Below, piece after piece: positions 35,772-49,500 of a DNA stretch of 64,000 nucleotides. The stretch is from Antedon mediterranea (taxonomy: Eukaryota > Animalia > Echinodermata): positions 12,980,101 to 13,044,100 of the forward strand of contig NC_092677.1 in NCBI RefSeq assembly GCF_964355755.1, written 5' to 3'. Positions within the stretch are counted from its first letter, which is position 1, and every line of letters begins with the position of its first letter. The position numbers and the translations under genes were made by a program. A model generated the notes under the pieces. That model ran no database searches, had not been told where the DNA came from, and worked only from the letters and a program-made list of their open reading frames with translations.

Positions 35772-37552
35772 GATGATGGATTATGTCGTTTCTCCGTATA
35801 AACTTTGACCTTTCAAAATAATAATTTCAAATAAATAATATTAATAGTATTTTAACACATTTTTCAATAATTAAGTCATACAAATAACAACATTACCGAA
35901 AAGGTCTATATTTCTATAGATTACAATATTGTATACTATTTTAGTTATATTCCTTCGAGAAATAATATTTAAAATTAAGTTCGGGAACTCTTTATACTAC
36001 GCCCTCTATTGTGTTAGTAATATTTCTTGTACCAAAGATTGCTTAAAAGTGTACTATCTTTGCTTATACCAGATACTTTATTCAGCCAAAGCTGATCATT
36101 AGAGATCCTCACAATTTGACGATAACATACAACAATTAAAATTAAAATTAAAATAAAAAATTCATAAAAGAAAAATGGAATCAATTAAAATAATTAGGGC
36201 CTTCATATTAATTGTTTGTGGAAATTTATATAGTATCAATTAGGGTACCGAAATCTTGTAACAAAAACAAAAAATTGTTTTTGGGTTACTATTAGAGTAG
36301 TGGGTTACTATTCCTAATCTTAAATTAGGCACCTGATAATAGTAACCCACCCCACCTTTTCCGGTCAACACCAACGCATAGCAAAATAATACAACAGTAT
36401 AATAGGCCTACTGTACGAATAAACAAATTTGTTTGAACTCTAAGCCTAACTTTATTTTATAAAAAATCCCCCTCCCCCCTGAACTTCTAAGATCAATTAC
36501 CATACTATTAGAAGTATTTTGTATATGGTTAAATAGGCCTTTATTGAATCATTTAGAAAGGATATTGAATTGAAAAAAAGAAGAATTTTAAGTGAATTTT
36601 ACGATCGGAAATTTTAAAGGAATATATTGTTTTTATTTGTTACATAGTATACTTTGGTATATCATCCATTGTCTTTATTTTTTTTTTCTCGAATTTTAAT
36701 GTTTTAAAATTGGAATATCTTTTTTTTTCAATTTTCTTTAGTCGCCAGAGTGAAACAAAGGAGACTGGAGGAAGAGGAGATATTTAATATGTCACCAGCC
36801 TTGTGTGAAAAATGCTTATAACTGAACACCTATTCTGAAACAGATAACGGCAAATGTTTATTTACCTAGGTATTCGACAAAAAGAAAAACAGAGATTGAA
36901 AGCGTAATAAATTTGTGCTAAGTTGTAATACTAGACTGCGATATAATGCCTTTCGGGCACAAATTTTTATAAAACCGTCAAAGATCTAGGCCTACTTCAT
37001 AAGATCTTTGAAAACCGTGCATAATAATAAAAGAGGGCGCTGTTTGAATCTAAGGAAGAAAACTAAGGACGCTTTTGATCATGATGTTTTTTAAACTGTC
37101 AAACTGGTGTTAGAAAAGTGTCCTAGTATCGAATCAAATCTGAAAAGATAAACACATTGTTGTTGTTTATTATTTTAAAATCTAAATTTTTGGTAGATTA
37201 AGGTAGACTATATTCCATTAGTGACGGTTGAAAGGTAGTTAAAGGTTAGGATACCTAGGCTAGGCCTACTAGGCCTAGCCTAGTAGGCCTCTACTCTAGC
37301 TAGGCTATAAACGGTGGAGAGAAGGTTTAAAGTCGTATTCCCCCACCTGCGATGTGTATATCAACCTTGCTTATTATTATTAGACTAGGCCTAGCATGTA
37401 TTTATTAATATAGGTCATCTGTTCGTTACTTATTTTCCTGTCTTTGCTTATGTTTACTTCATCACCCTTTTTGTCTCTTTCATGTCCCTTAACCAGACAA
37501 AAAAATAATATTTTATGCTTTTCTTTTATTTGTGCATGCTCATATAATACAG
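35772..37552. promoter_or_regulatory. Divergent (head-to-head) promoter region between UBE2V and the HEAT-like gene
   Basis: The two start codons face away from each other about 1.8 kb apart; AGAGGGCG motif at 36000-36008 (-) and 37032-37040 (+); acceptor AG at 37551-37552 just before the ATG implies an upstream non-coding exon. Confidence 0.6.
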
Positions 37553-37560
37553 GAACAGAA

Positions 37561-40500
37561 ATGAAAAATCAAGAATTATTTGAAATTTTAAAGGATGTAA
37601 AAAATCCTGATGAAGAGGTTCAAGCGCTTGGTACTATCATCAACCACTTGTCTAGCAATGCAGAAAAATGTGACATCACAATTGAGGACCTAGAGTTGCA
37701 GTGGTTACGACATGCTGGAGAGGATGCAGAAGACAACCCCTTTCCTGCCGTTACTCCAGAGACCTTTTTGCCGGAACAGCAGGATCTTAACCAATTCACG
37801 AGTTACGTATTTGAACGTCGATTTGGATGGTCCGAGTCAAGGAAGGAGGATGCATGTCTTGATTTGCCGCCAAGCCCTAGGCCAACCACCGTAGCAAAAA
37901 ACATTACAGAACGGATTGCTAAAGGAAAACTGAATGAATTTCTAGATGACATGATTAGGTGGTAAGTTAAGTACAAGTTTAAATCAAGGAATCTTTGGTT
38001 AGTAACAAACTAAGTATGTTTATTATTCTGATACTGTTAGTGAAAAGACTAAATCTTAGTGATCTTACAATTAACAGTACTGTACTTAAGCATATGAACA
38101 GCAAATTCATTCGAATCAGTGTCATTATTAACACTCAGCTTATTTACATATTCATTCTATAAATCTTTCTCGTTTAAGATTAGACTACTTTGTTTAATAA
38201 TAATAGCTACAGTACAGTACTTTTGTTCTAACAGGTATATGTCACAGCAGTTGTCTGCGAACCTTCTTGAAAGTTTCATCTATGCCATATCACAATGTAA
38301 GTATTCAAACAGTAAGAAATAATCAGTAAATAAGAAGCTTATATAAAGGAACACCTTCAGGACCCCAAAAAAGGGTCCTTTTACTAAATAGGGGTTAGCC
38401 ATAGTGTCAAAACATATTTCCCCACTCTTTTTCATTTCAAAGGATGGTGTCCCTTTAATAGGGTTGGCCCTTGAATGAGTAGTTCTAATGTATGTTTCAT
38501 ATTTATTAAGTCATTTTTTTTCACAATCACCTTTTTATAGCTACCACAAAACCGGTGGTGCGTAACCAAACTGTCATGCACGTGATGGAGTGGTTCAAGT
38601 TGCGTGCAGACACACCGGAGCTTCATGCAAACTTTGACCTCATCCGTCACCTCATCTTACTTGGTATCAAGGATATCTGGTCAGCGATTAGAAATGTTTG
38701 CGTTGCACGAATATCAGCTGTTGTTGAGAAGTTTCAGATTTCAGAGTTGGAAGTGTTCTTTGGTGATTTAACTCGGGTAAGTTAAACACTCAGGTGGTGG
38801 CTGTTACCAGAAATAAACAACTCTTTACACATAATAAATTGATAATGGATACATATTTATAATGTGCTTTCTACATTAACAACTATCTTGGACTGTTGCA
38901 CATACTGTAAACAAACTTTTTTGGCACTCATCTGTCTGTCCACAGCGACTGAATGCTAAGATTGACCAGTACACCAGGGAACCAATGGGTATTTTAGATT
39001 GACCAGTACACCAGGGAACCAATGGGTATTTTAGATTGACCAGTACCAGGGGTTTCATTAGTAGCCGGCAACCGGCGCATTCGACCGTCTACTTTGACAT
39101 TTTCGCCGGCTACTTTCTGTCTACTTAGGCCTACACGGCCTAGCCTAGGCTAGCTCCCGGCGCGAGTACTTTTATTAATCAAGAACAATACGTACGTGTT
39201 TGTTGTATTTATTACGTTCTCGCGACGACACGATGATTAAAATAGGATTGTAATTAAATATTTAATCAATTATTTTACCATGTAATATCTGTACACGAAA
39301 GGGACCTAAAACTCCCTGACCTATCTATGGAATTTTCATTTGAAACTTTTCGCACTGTGTGTGTGTAGCATGCGTTTCCGAGGCATTGTTAGAATCCTTC
39401 AACCGTGACGACCATACACCAACGCGATTCGCTTAAAATGACATCATATGATGTACTGATATTAATTTTCTGTGGTTGAGCCTCTCAGAATTTCACGAAA
39501 ATTCTTTTAAACATGTAAAATTAGATATTTTTTATGATATACGATTTATCTATAAACAACTCGAATTATAAACTACCTAATATTTCGAGAAATAATATAT
39601 TATCTTGGCGTAGGAAAACAAATTTTAATTTGTGAGAGGCTCAACCACGCTGTAGGTATAGTGGCGGAAGTCCCCTCCTGGACCGCATGTAGCCGTTTTG
39701 CGTTAAAAATTGTCGTACGGGCTTGTGTGGTTCGTGTCGTTAACTGTATCATATAGTTAATATGATGCATTAGAAATCAAACTTTTATGATCTTTTAGAT
39801 TAATAATTAGACACCAAAGTCATTTTTTCATAGTATATTTATTCTCAGAGTAATTGATAATCAAAAATTGTTTACTAGATTAGGCCTAGTGAAGAAAAAT
39901 AGCACGTCAAAGAAATCGCGCGCATAGTAACGTATCGTAGTTGAATCTTGGAAAGCAAAATACTGCTCTGGGACGCGTGCCTCTCCGATTCCCTAATAAT
40001 ACTAGACCTAGCCTAGGCCCTATATTATTATTATTAATAATATATAATATTATTATTGAACCTCCTAACGTCATAAAATAAGGAACCACGCATTTTAAAT
40101 TAATAAAGTACATAACAAATGGGAGTAAAATAATTGCTAAATACGACGGGCCAAAAAAGTTTTGTGCGTTTATATGTTGTTATATGCTATTTTTTTGTAA
40201 TTAGTATTTTTTTTTAAACACAAATATGCAGGGTTTTTTTTTCTCAAATATTTAATATACATAAATGCAATAAAAATAAATATATTTATTTCAAATTAAG
40301 CATATATTTATGTGTCTGTAAACTAGTTTAAATGACCTATATAGCTCTAGAAAGCCAGAGCTGGACCCCGACCGGGGGCCCTTGGCGGCCCCCTGGCCCC
40401 CAGCCAATGGTTGTTCGCTTCGCTCACAAAGTTATTTATTTAGGACTTCAAAATTCTCCTGTTACTTTTTTTTTTCTCCTCTTACTTAAAACCTTAATGC

Positions 40501-43500
40501 AACCCTTGAGTACACCAGGGAACCAATGGGTATTTTAAAAATGCACACAAGCCAAATGTGAACACTTGAGTTCTAGTTTTAAATCCTTATCCAAGAAGAA
40601 TTGTTCTATCATCAAAACTATGATCAAGGAGAGTTGTGAAAGTGAGTGGCTGAGCTTTTAAGGCAGTGGAACTGTAATTACGTAGCCATAACATCGACAA
40701 GGGTTCGAGGCTCACTTACTCTATGGTTCCATCTAGCTCATGGCATCATGCCATCTAGTACATTATTTGAAACGTGTAGGCGGTTCCCCCGGTGTACCAG
40801 TACACTGTCACATACAGCCACTGTTTATAACTGTTCTCATTGGGCAATTGAGACTGTTTTAAAGGTGTTTACCACCTGTTGGTCCCATCCTTTACTAATG
40901 AAGATCTTAGTGAGAAGTTGAATAATAATTATTTAAAAAAATCAATTTCGTTTAAACAGATTTGTGAAGCACCAGAAAGCACATGGCAAAATATAGAAGG
41001 CGCATTAATGGCTATAAACTCGACATTAAAACGCTTTCAGTGGATTGATACCCGACTATTGGAACAATCATCACCCTCAACAAAATACATAAAGGTATGT
41101 TATTCGAAATGTCGAAAAAATCCTGATCATTTATTTGATAAAAGTTGGATAAGAATGTCTGTCCAATCTGTTGTTCCACACAATATATTACACTATATAT
41201 ACATTTGTACTTATGAATAATAATAATGATACATGTGGCGATTACAATAATCCAAAATGGATGAACCTCTGTTTTTATTTTTTAAGTCCAAATCTACTAT
41301 ACAGTATTATATGGAACCATAAAGAGTTACTGATTTTTTATGAAGTATGTACGACGCTCTGGTCTATTTTCGAAGGGTGCCTTATAAATACCATATATTA
41401 TTATATGAATTTGAAAGGTAAATATAGGATCCTGGAACCACCTCTGTCAACTGAGCAACATTTGTTGCTGGTGTTTTTATGAGAGAGCATCTGTATTCTT
41501 TAGTGTGAATTCACAATATTTTGTTCTTCATTTTTAGTTTGGGCGTTCTCAGTTAAAACAACTGCCTGATTTCATCACATGTAAGATGCATTCTATTATT
41601 TATTCAATGTTAGCACATCCTCAACTCACTGTACGAGAGCAAGCTACCAAAGCTTTTGCTACTTATTTATATAGATGTGAATTCAAGGTAAGGCAATTAT
41701 TTTATAGTTTTTATTATGTACAGTAGTGGTAAGAAACACCTTTTTACTATTTAACTTACCGGTTGACAAATTTTAATGTTTTAATTTTTTTTTAAACAAA
41801 CTAGTTTTACTGTTTATAAATTATACATATTTATATAATCTTTTTATCAAATACTTTTCAGCCTTTTGGCTGCCGTTGTATTATCGATTTCTTTTTTATG
41901 AATAAATATACTTGAATATCATGTGATTAGGTACCATTGATTGTACTAAATATAGTAGTCATATTAAGTGGACACCATCAGGATCCACCAAGGTGTCTTC
42001 TTAATAAGGGTGTGACCGGGATATATGTTCACCATAGTGTAACAACATACAGTATTTCTCCTACTTTATTTTATCTAAAAGTTTCTCCTTAAAACCCAAT
42101 TTACACAGATGAGCAGTAACGGTAAGCAGAAAGCCGCATAGCTTGTCCCTTGTAGAATCTGTATCTATCGTCAGCGGAAAACGCCCGTTAGCTCCACGCT
42201 TTGTGTATATGGTCATAAGGAAAAACATAGATTCTATATTTTTATTATCGTCTGTGTAAATTGGCCTTTATACGGGTGTCCCCTAAATAGAGGTTAGCCA
42301 TCACAGTATTAAAACACATTATATCCCTTTGTTTGTTTTATAAGTGTCTTTTCTGATTTAATAGAGGTTTCCCAAAGGAGGTGTTTTACTGTATACAGAA
42401 ATACTGTTGTTAGCTGCAGCATATGCCCTTTTTTCAGTGGCGTAATGGCAATTAGCGCTCACTGGCTACAGTAAACCCAGGGCCTCAGAGATTAACGAAC
42501 CCCAGAGTATAAGAAGTCCAATGCAACTATCAGAATTGAAGGGCCCCTGTAATTGTACTAAACCAGGGGCCTTTGCCCTGTGCTTTACACCACACCACTG
42601 CTTTTTTATGTTGATTTTAGGAAGCACTGCAGTCTTTTAAAGAAGCTCTGTCCCACCTGTGTGATGGGACCGGTATAACAATGTCACTTGATATAGATGA
42701 TGGTCATGTTCTCAGTCAGGGCCTGCCTCACCATGCTGTGCTGTGTAAGCATTACAAGTTCCTGGATGCCTACAGTGCAGAAGGACTTCTAGGAGTCTGC
42801 ATCAACCTTATAAAGGTAACAACACCACCTACATGTACCTAGTACTATGATGTCATATGGTGGTATTATTGGCATAAGGTTGAGTTGGTTTACAAATTTG
42901 ATCAATTCTAGGCCTAGGTGATGAATTCTGAACCATCATGAAAGAATAAAAAACAGCAACTTAGAAAAATAACAAGAATGCATAATGTTGACTTCATTTG
43001 AGTAATTGATCACTGTGCACATTGTGCACGGTTCGTATGTCTGTTTTTTTTCTTTATATGTCGGGGACTCCTATGGAAACAAGCTCTAGAGCTTACTGTA
43101 TATGGTTATCCTGTCCTGTATTTTGTATTTGATGAATATTATTATTAGCAACAAATAAAAAACAAACAAAATAATAATTGCTTTGTAGCACATGCCACCA
43201 GGCCATCTTCTACCCAGCTGGCCTCTGTATTTCTCCACATTTAACTTGTATCTAATGCATCCAGCATCAACAGTGAGGCAGGCAACAAGTGCAGTATTCA
43301 AATATCTAGGTAAGCACAGTAAAACGCCTTTTTCTTTCTCACTATTAAAAGACTTTCCTGTAAAACAAATGTGGGGAAGTATGTTTTTTAACACTACAGC
43401 CAACCCATATACTTTTTTTAAGTTATCACCTTAATTCTGAAGGTCTCCAGTTTGATAGTAGCACTTATTAATAAACTCCCACAATGCAACAATGATTTGT

Positions 43501-46500
43501 AACCGTAAATTTACGGAGAGTGTTGTAAATGACATAGTTTTCTCCTTATAGTTGCCAAAGACAGCAATAATCCGAGCCTTCTAAAACTGGTTCTTCAAGG
43601 CCTGTGCACCGGTTGGTCAATAGATGTACATCAGTTGACGGACACTGTACACTCGGGTGTACACGTCATCAACGTGCCATCCAAAGGGGCGGCAGAAAAC
43701 GGCTCAGGGGATGTGAGTGTCAATGAAGTTTGTAAAAAAATGCCACTAAGTAGGCAGAGTAGCTCGCCTTCTAAATCAAAAACTATTAACATCAATGCTG
43801 TCTGTAATATGGATTTAGGTAAGTGAAGGTGGTTATGATAATTCTTGGTGGTTATCATGTCTATCCATAGCAGTGTCTTGCACTCACTCCACAAAACAAC
43901 TCCCAAAATAAGTTACTACATTATATGCTATTGATAATAGCAATATTCTGGAATTATAAAGCACCTAATGTTGTTACTTCCTCTAAGCGCTGTACATATT
44001 ATTACCATTTAAAAAAATCAAGTACTCCCATAATGCAGCTTGTAATCAACGCAAAGTTGTGTCTTGACCTTACCAGGTAAACATTTGTACACCTGGATGG
44101 AGAGAGACAAACATAAGTAATGGGCCGAGCAATAGATTTGAACTCACGATCCTCGCCACATGCCCTTACAAATTGGTTAAGAAGAGTAAATAAATCTGCT
44201 ATTGACAATCCTTAGCGATATACCTAAAGAAATAATAATACATTGAAAATAGTTTAATCTGTGATTACTCAAGCATAACTAAATAGATATGTGTTTTAAT
44301 ATGATGTTGTAGAACCCGGACAGACTCCTGATTCACTGCTGTCGAGGTCGTGGGAGTGGCGAGAAGGAAGATTGTTCGCTTACGAGCTAATTATAAAGTT
44401 TCTCATCGTTAATCACATTCACTATCTGTTCCCGTCGTATGCTCTACCGCCGTCAAAGTTTGATGGGACAGCATCTACTGATGATGCAATGACACCAAGG
44501 TTAGTAGATTTAGAAATCTTTCATTAAGCTATAAATTATTTTTTAAATATACATTTTTTTAATGGTTATAATTTATTATAGTTTATTTACAATCACACAT
44601 TTTTAATTGCTAATAGACAATTTATTTTCAAAGAATGAAATTATATGTTTAAATATATTCAATGAATGTAGTAGTTAGAAACTTTTTAATATTTTAAGCA
44701 TCTTAATATGATTTGTTCTAGTCATCAGTCCTCATTTGGCCAAGGCTTTAAAGTGAAAAAAAGTCTTAGTCATGGCGGTACCTCTTTGCAGCAGGCTTGG
44801 AAAGAACATGGAATCAACAGAACAAGGAATACTATGGTAGGTATTCTATCTCTTATCAGAACTAAAGCTCTGTCTACACAACATTAAACTAGTTTGACAA
44901 AAAAGGTGTGATGTGCCCTAATATGGCAGTGATGACATCATTGTGTCCATACAGTATTGGCACAACACATCCTTTTGTAACATAAAATTTGATAGTGTAG
45001 ACAGAGCTTAACTTTGTTAAAGGTTACTCAATGTGAACACAAATATAGATAACTATGAACAACACGTTTTTTCGTCACATAAAATTTGATAGTGTAGACA
45101 GAGCTTAACTCTATTAAAGGTTATTCAATGTGAACACAAATATATATAACTATGAACAACACATTTTTTTCATCACATAAAGTTTGATAGTGTAGACAGA
45201 GCTTAACTCTATTTAAGGTTATTCAATGTGAACACAAATATATATTACAGTTACACATACAATTATGGCACAAATTTAATGTTGCTCAATGTATATTTAA
45301 ATCCAATCATAATGCATTTCTACAGAGTTAAATACTCTGGTGTATAAAAGTGCAAACCAACCTCACTCATCTAGTCATTGTATTGTGTTCCTTTTCTTTT
45401 ATTCTATCAGAGTCAAGACCAAGGGTCTGAAACAATAGTTCCAGTGGAAGGAGTAGCTACAATGATGTTAAAGTCAACCGATGAAAAGAAGAAAGCTCTT
45501 ACTGATCTGGTAAGTTGATGCCTCCTCTGCCAATATACAGTCAAAACACTTGTCTTATCAAAAGGATTGATATGCAGTGTCTATGAAATAGTGGGAACAT
45601 GTCTTTGCATGTACAGTATGTTATTTTCTTTTCACTGTGTTTGTTGGAATTCTTACAGGTTTTTACACAAACTGATACTGATCCTAAAAAGAAGACAATT
45701 TTTGAAAAAAGGTATTTATTGATTATCCTATGCGTTCTATTAATGTAATTATAGAAGATAGATAGAGAGTAATATTGTTACTTATGTAACACTTTGCATC
45801 TCACAGGCCTTTAAATTCACATGTGGGTACGAAGTAATTGAATTTATACTGACATCATCATCTAAACTGCCTCGAAATTCCCAATGTACCTACAGTATTA
45901 TATTTACAATTAGAGAGCTTTCAATTTGACTGACGAACCCCAGCTAGGTCAGGTCAATTGAAGTGTCATAAGACGTTATTTGGACCTAAAAAACAATCAC
46001 AACTGAGGTGGGGAGTAAGGAATCACGTCCCATTATCCCTGCATGCACACAATGAAATAAAAATGACATAGTTTGGTCGTCACAAATTGAAAACTCCCTA
46101 TCTCCTTTCCCCCAGCTTTAGTGTTGTTTTTATGTGCTGTTTTTTCCATGATACTTGCAACCCTACCGTCAGGTTTACTGTGGCTATGATACAGACTACT
46201 GCATAGCTTAGTTTTAATGTTATGTTCCTGCAGTGTTTGTTTTCCTGGCATGTTAATTTTCCTCCAGTTTTGTGAGAGTTTTTAGTAAATCTTTCTTAAA
46301 TACCACTTGGGAGTGGCCAAGTGAGTATGTCCTAAAATAACATGTCCATTAATGGGGTACAACCAAAAAAATTAACACTTCTAAACCAACATTGCCTTAT
46401 GTAACCAATGCTACCTCCCCTAACCAATGCTATAGTACCTCCCATAACCAACGCTATAGTACCGCTCATAACCAACATTCCCTTACGTAACCAATGCTTC

Positions 46501-49500
46501 CTCATCATCTCTTTAACCCTCTCCTCAACTACCCACTCCTAAAATCTCTCCCCCTCCCCATTTACCACCCCATATCAACATAAAACTGCTTACCATTGTT
46601 AATCTTATGCTACAGCTTCAGACACAAACCAAGACTGTTAATATCCTTTCCCCGTGTTTTTGACATGCATGCATATAGGAAGATGTTGAAGAGGTACAGT
46701 GTATTAACCCCTTCTCTCAACAGATCAGTGTGGTCATTGTAATGATATACATTAGTAAAGTGATGTTGTTGGCTCATATATCTTCTCATTGTACTATGGA
46801 TGTTGGCTCATTAATCATTAAGCTCTGTCTACACTATCAACCTAGTTTGACCAAAAAGTGTTATGTGCTCATATGGTATTGAAATGCCAAAATATGGTAG
46901 TGATATGACATCATCATGTCCATATATGGACACATCAAATGTTTTTGTCACATAAAGTCTGATAGTGTAGACAGAGATTTGGCCTGTATTCAGACACACA
47001 GTAGCATACAGTTGAACCACCTTTGGGACTCTTTATACAATTTTAACTGGTTTCCTAAAACCCTGTGGATATTGTTTTAACCAACCTTTAAAACATTAAT
47101 TGGTTGATTGCTAACTAACACTGAAGCTAATAACACAAATATACCATACTGTGTGTCTGAACAAAATATACATACAATCTCTCTTTCTCCTATTCAATCA
47201 ATTTGTTGGAATCTAACCATTTGTCATTTTATGGATCATTCTATACATAGTCATGAAAGAGTATCATTACATATAATAATTCAATGCTTTATTATTACAT
47301 CAAAAGAAATAGATCTAGAAAATGAAGCTCTTACTGCACTTTATATAGTTTTTGTAATTTAGATATGAATATCATTTTTATTACTGTAGTTTGCCATTGT
47401 TTTATTGTGACATTTTCATTAGTAGTGCATAGTAACAAATACATTTCTATAGTTTAATCCTTATAGTAGAACCTCCTCTATAAAGGGAAACTGAAGTATT
47501 GAAATAATGTGTGACCTCGTTAATGATAGAATATCTGTGTTTAATTAACTTATAATTCTAATAATTGTAATTCTTTTTGTGATCTGTTGTATAACTACAT
47601 GTATTGTTTGATATTTTATTTATAGTGTTTTGATCATTCTAAGTTAGATATAGTTGTATTTTTGTGTATTATTCATCAAATAAATAATAGTATGTAGTAT
47701 AGTTGTAGAAAGTTGTTTCTAACATTAACAATGAGATATTGAGGTTTTTTACTCAGGAGGTAATTATAGAAAGTTTTTTTAAGCAGGGCACTTACTCAAT
47801 GAGACATATACATCAGGATTGTGGGACTTACTTAAAAGAGTTCTGTAATTATTTGAGTGCAATGAACTTATTTTATCAGTGAAACTTATTTGGGCAGTGA
47901 AACTTATTTGAGCAGTGAAACTTTTTTGAGCAGGGAGCTTATTTGAGCAGGGAGCTTATTTGAGCAGTGAAACTTATTTGAGCAGTGAAACTTATTAGAG
48001 CAGTGAGCTTAATTGAGCAGTGAAACTTATTAGAGCAGTGAACTTATTTAAGGAGTGAAACTTTATTTGAGCAGTGAGCTTATTTGAGCAGTGAGCTTAG
48101 TTGAGCAGTGAAACTTATTTAAGCAGTGAAACTTATTTGAGCAGTGAAACTTATTTGAGCAGTGAAACTTGATTTGAGCAGTGAGCTTATTTGAGCAGTG
48201 AGCTTATTTGAGCAGTGAAACTTATTTAAGCAGTGAAACTTATTTGAGCAGTGAAACTTATTTGAGCAGTGAAGCTTATTTGAGCAGTGAAACTTATTTG
48301 AGCAGTGAGCTTATTTGAGCAGTGAAACTTATTAGAGCAATGAACTTATTTAAGCAGTGAAACTTATTTGAGCAGTGGAACTTATTTGAGCAGTGAAACT
48401 TATTTGAGCAGTGAAACTTGATTTGAGCAGTGAGCTTATTTGAGCAGTGAGCTTATTTGAGCAGTGAAACGTATTTGAGCAGTGAGCTTATTTGAGCAGT
48501 GAGCTTATTTGAGCAGTGAGCTTATTTGAGCAGTGAAACTTATTAGAGCAATGAACTTATTTAAGCAGTGAAACTTATTTGAGCAGTGAAACTTATTTGA
48601 GCAGTGAAACTTATTTGAGCAGTGAAACTTATTTGAGCAGTGAGCTTATTTGAGCAGTAAAACTTATTTGGGCAGTGAAACTTATTTGAGCAGTGAAACT
48701 TATTTGAGCAGGGAGCTTATTTGAGCTGGGAGCTTATTGAGCAGTGAAACTTATTTGAGCAGTGAGCTTAATTGAGCAGTGAAACTTATTAGAGAAGTGA
48801 ACTTATTTAAGCAGTGAGCTTATTTGAGCAGTGAGCTTAATTGAGCAGTGAAACTTATTAGAGCAGTGAACTTTTTTAAGCAGTGAAACTTATTTAAGCT
48901 GTGAAACTTGGTTTGAGCAGTGAGCTTATTTGAGCAGTGAGCTTATTTGAGCAGTGAAACTTATTTGAGCAGTGAAACTTATTTGAGTAGTGAAACTTAT
49001 TTGAGCAGTGAGCTTATTTGAGCAGTGAGCTTATTTGAGCAGTGAAACTAGAGCAGTGAACTTATTTAAGCAGTGAAACTTATTTGAGCAGTGAAACTTA
49101 TTTGAGCAGTGAAACTTATTTGAGCAGTGAAACTTATTTGAGCAGTAAAACTTATTTGAGCAGTGAGCTTATTTGAGCAGTGAGCTTATTTGAGCAGTGA
49201 GCTTATTTGAGCAGTGAAACTTATTTGAGCATTAAGCTCATTTGAGCAGTGAAACTTATTTGAGCAGTAAGCTTATTTGAGCAGTGAAACTTATTTGAGC
49301 AGTGAAACTTATTTGAGCAGTGAGCATATTTGAGCAGTAAAACTTATTTGGGCAGTGAAACTTATTTGAGCAGTGAAACTTATTTGAGCAGTGAAACTTA
49401 TTTGAGCAGGGAGCTTATTTGAGCCGGAAGCTTATTTGAGCAGTGAAACTTATTTGAGCAGGGAGCTTAATTTTGCAGTGAAACTTATTAGAGAAGTGAA

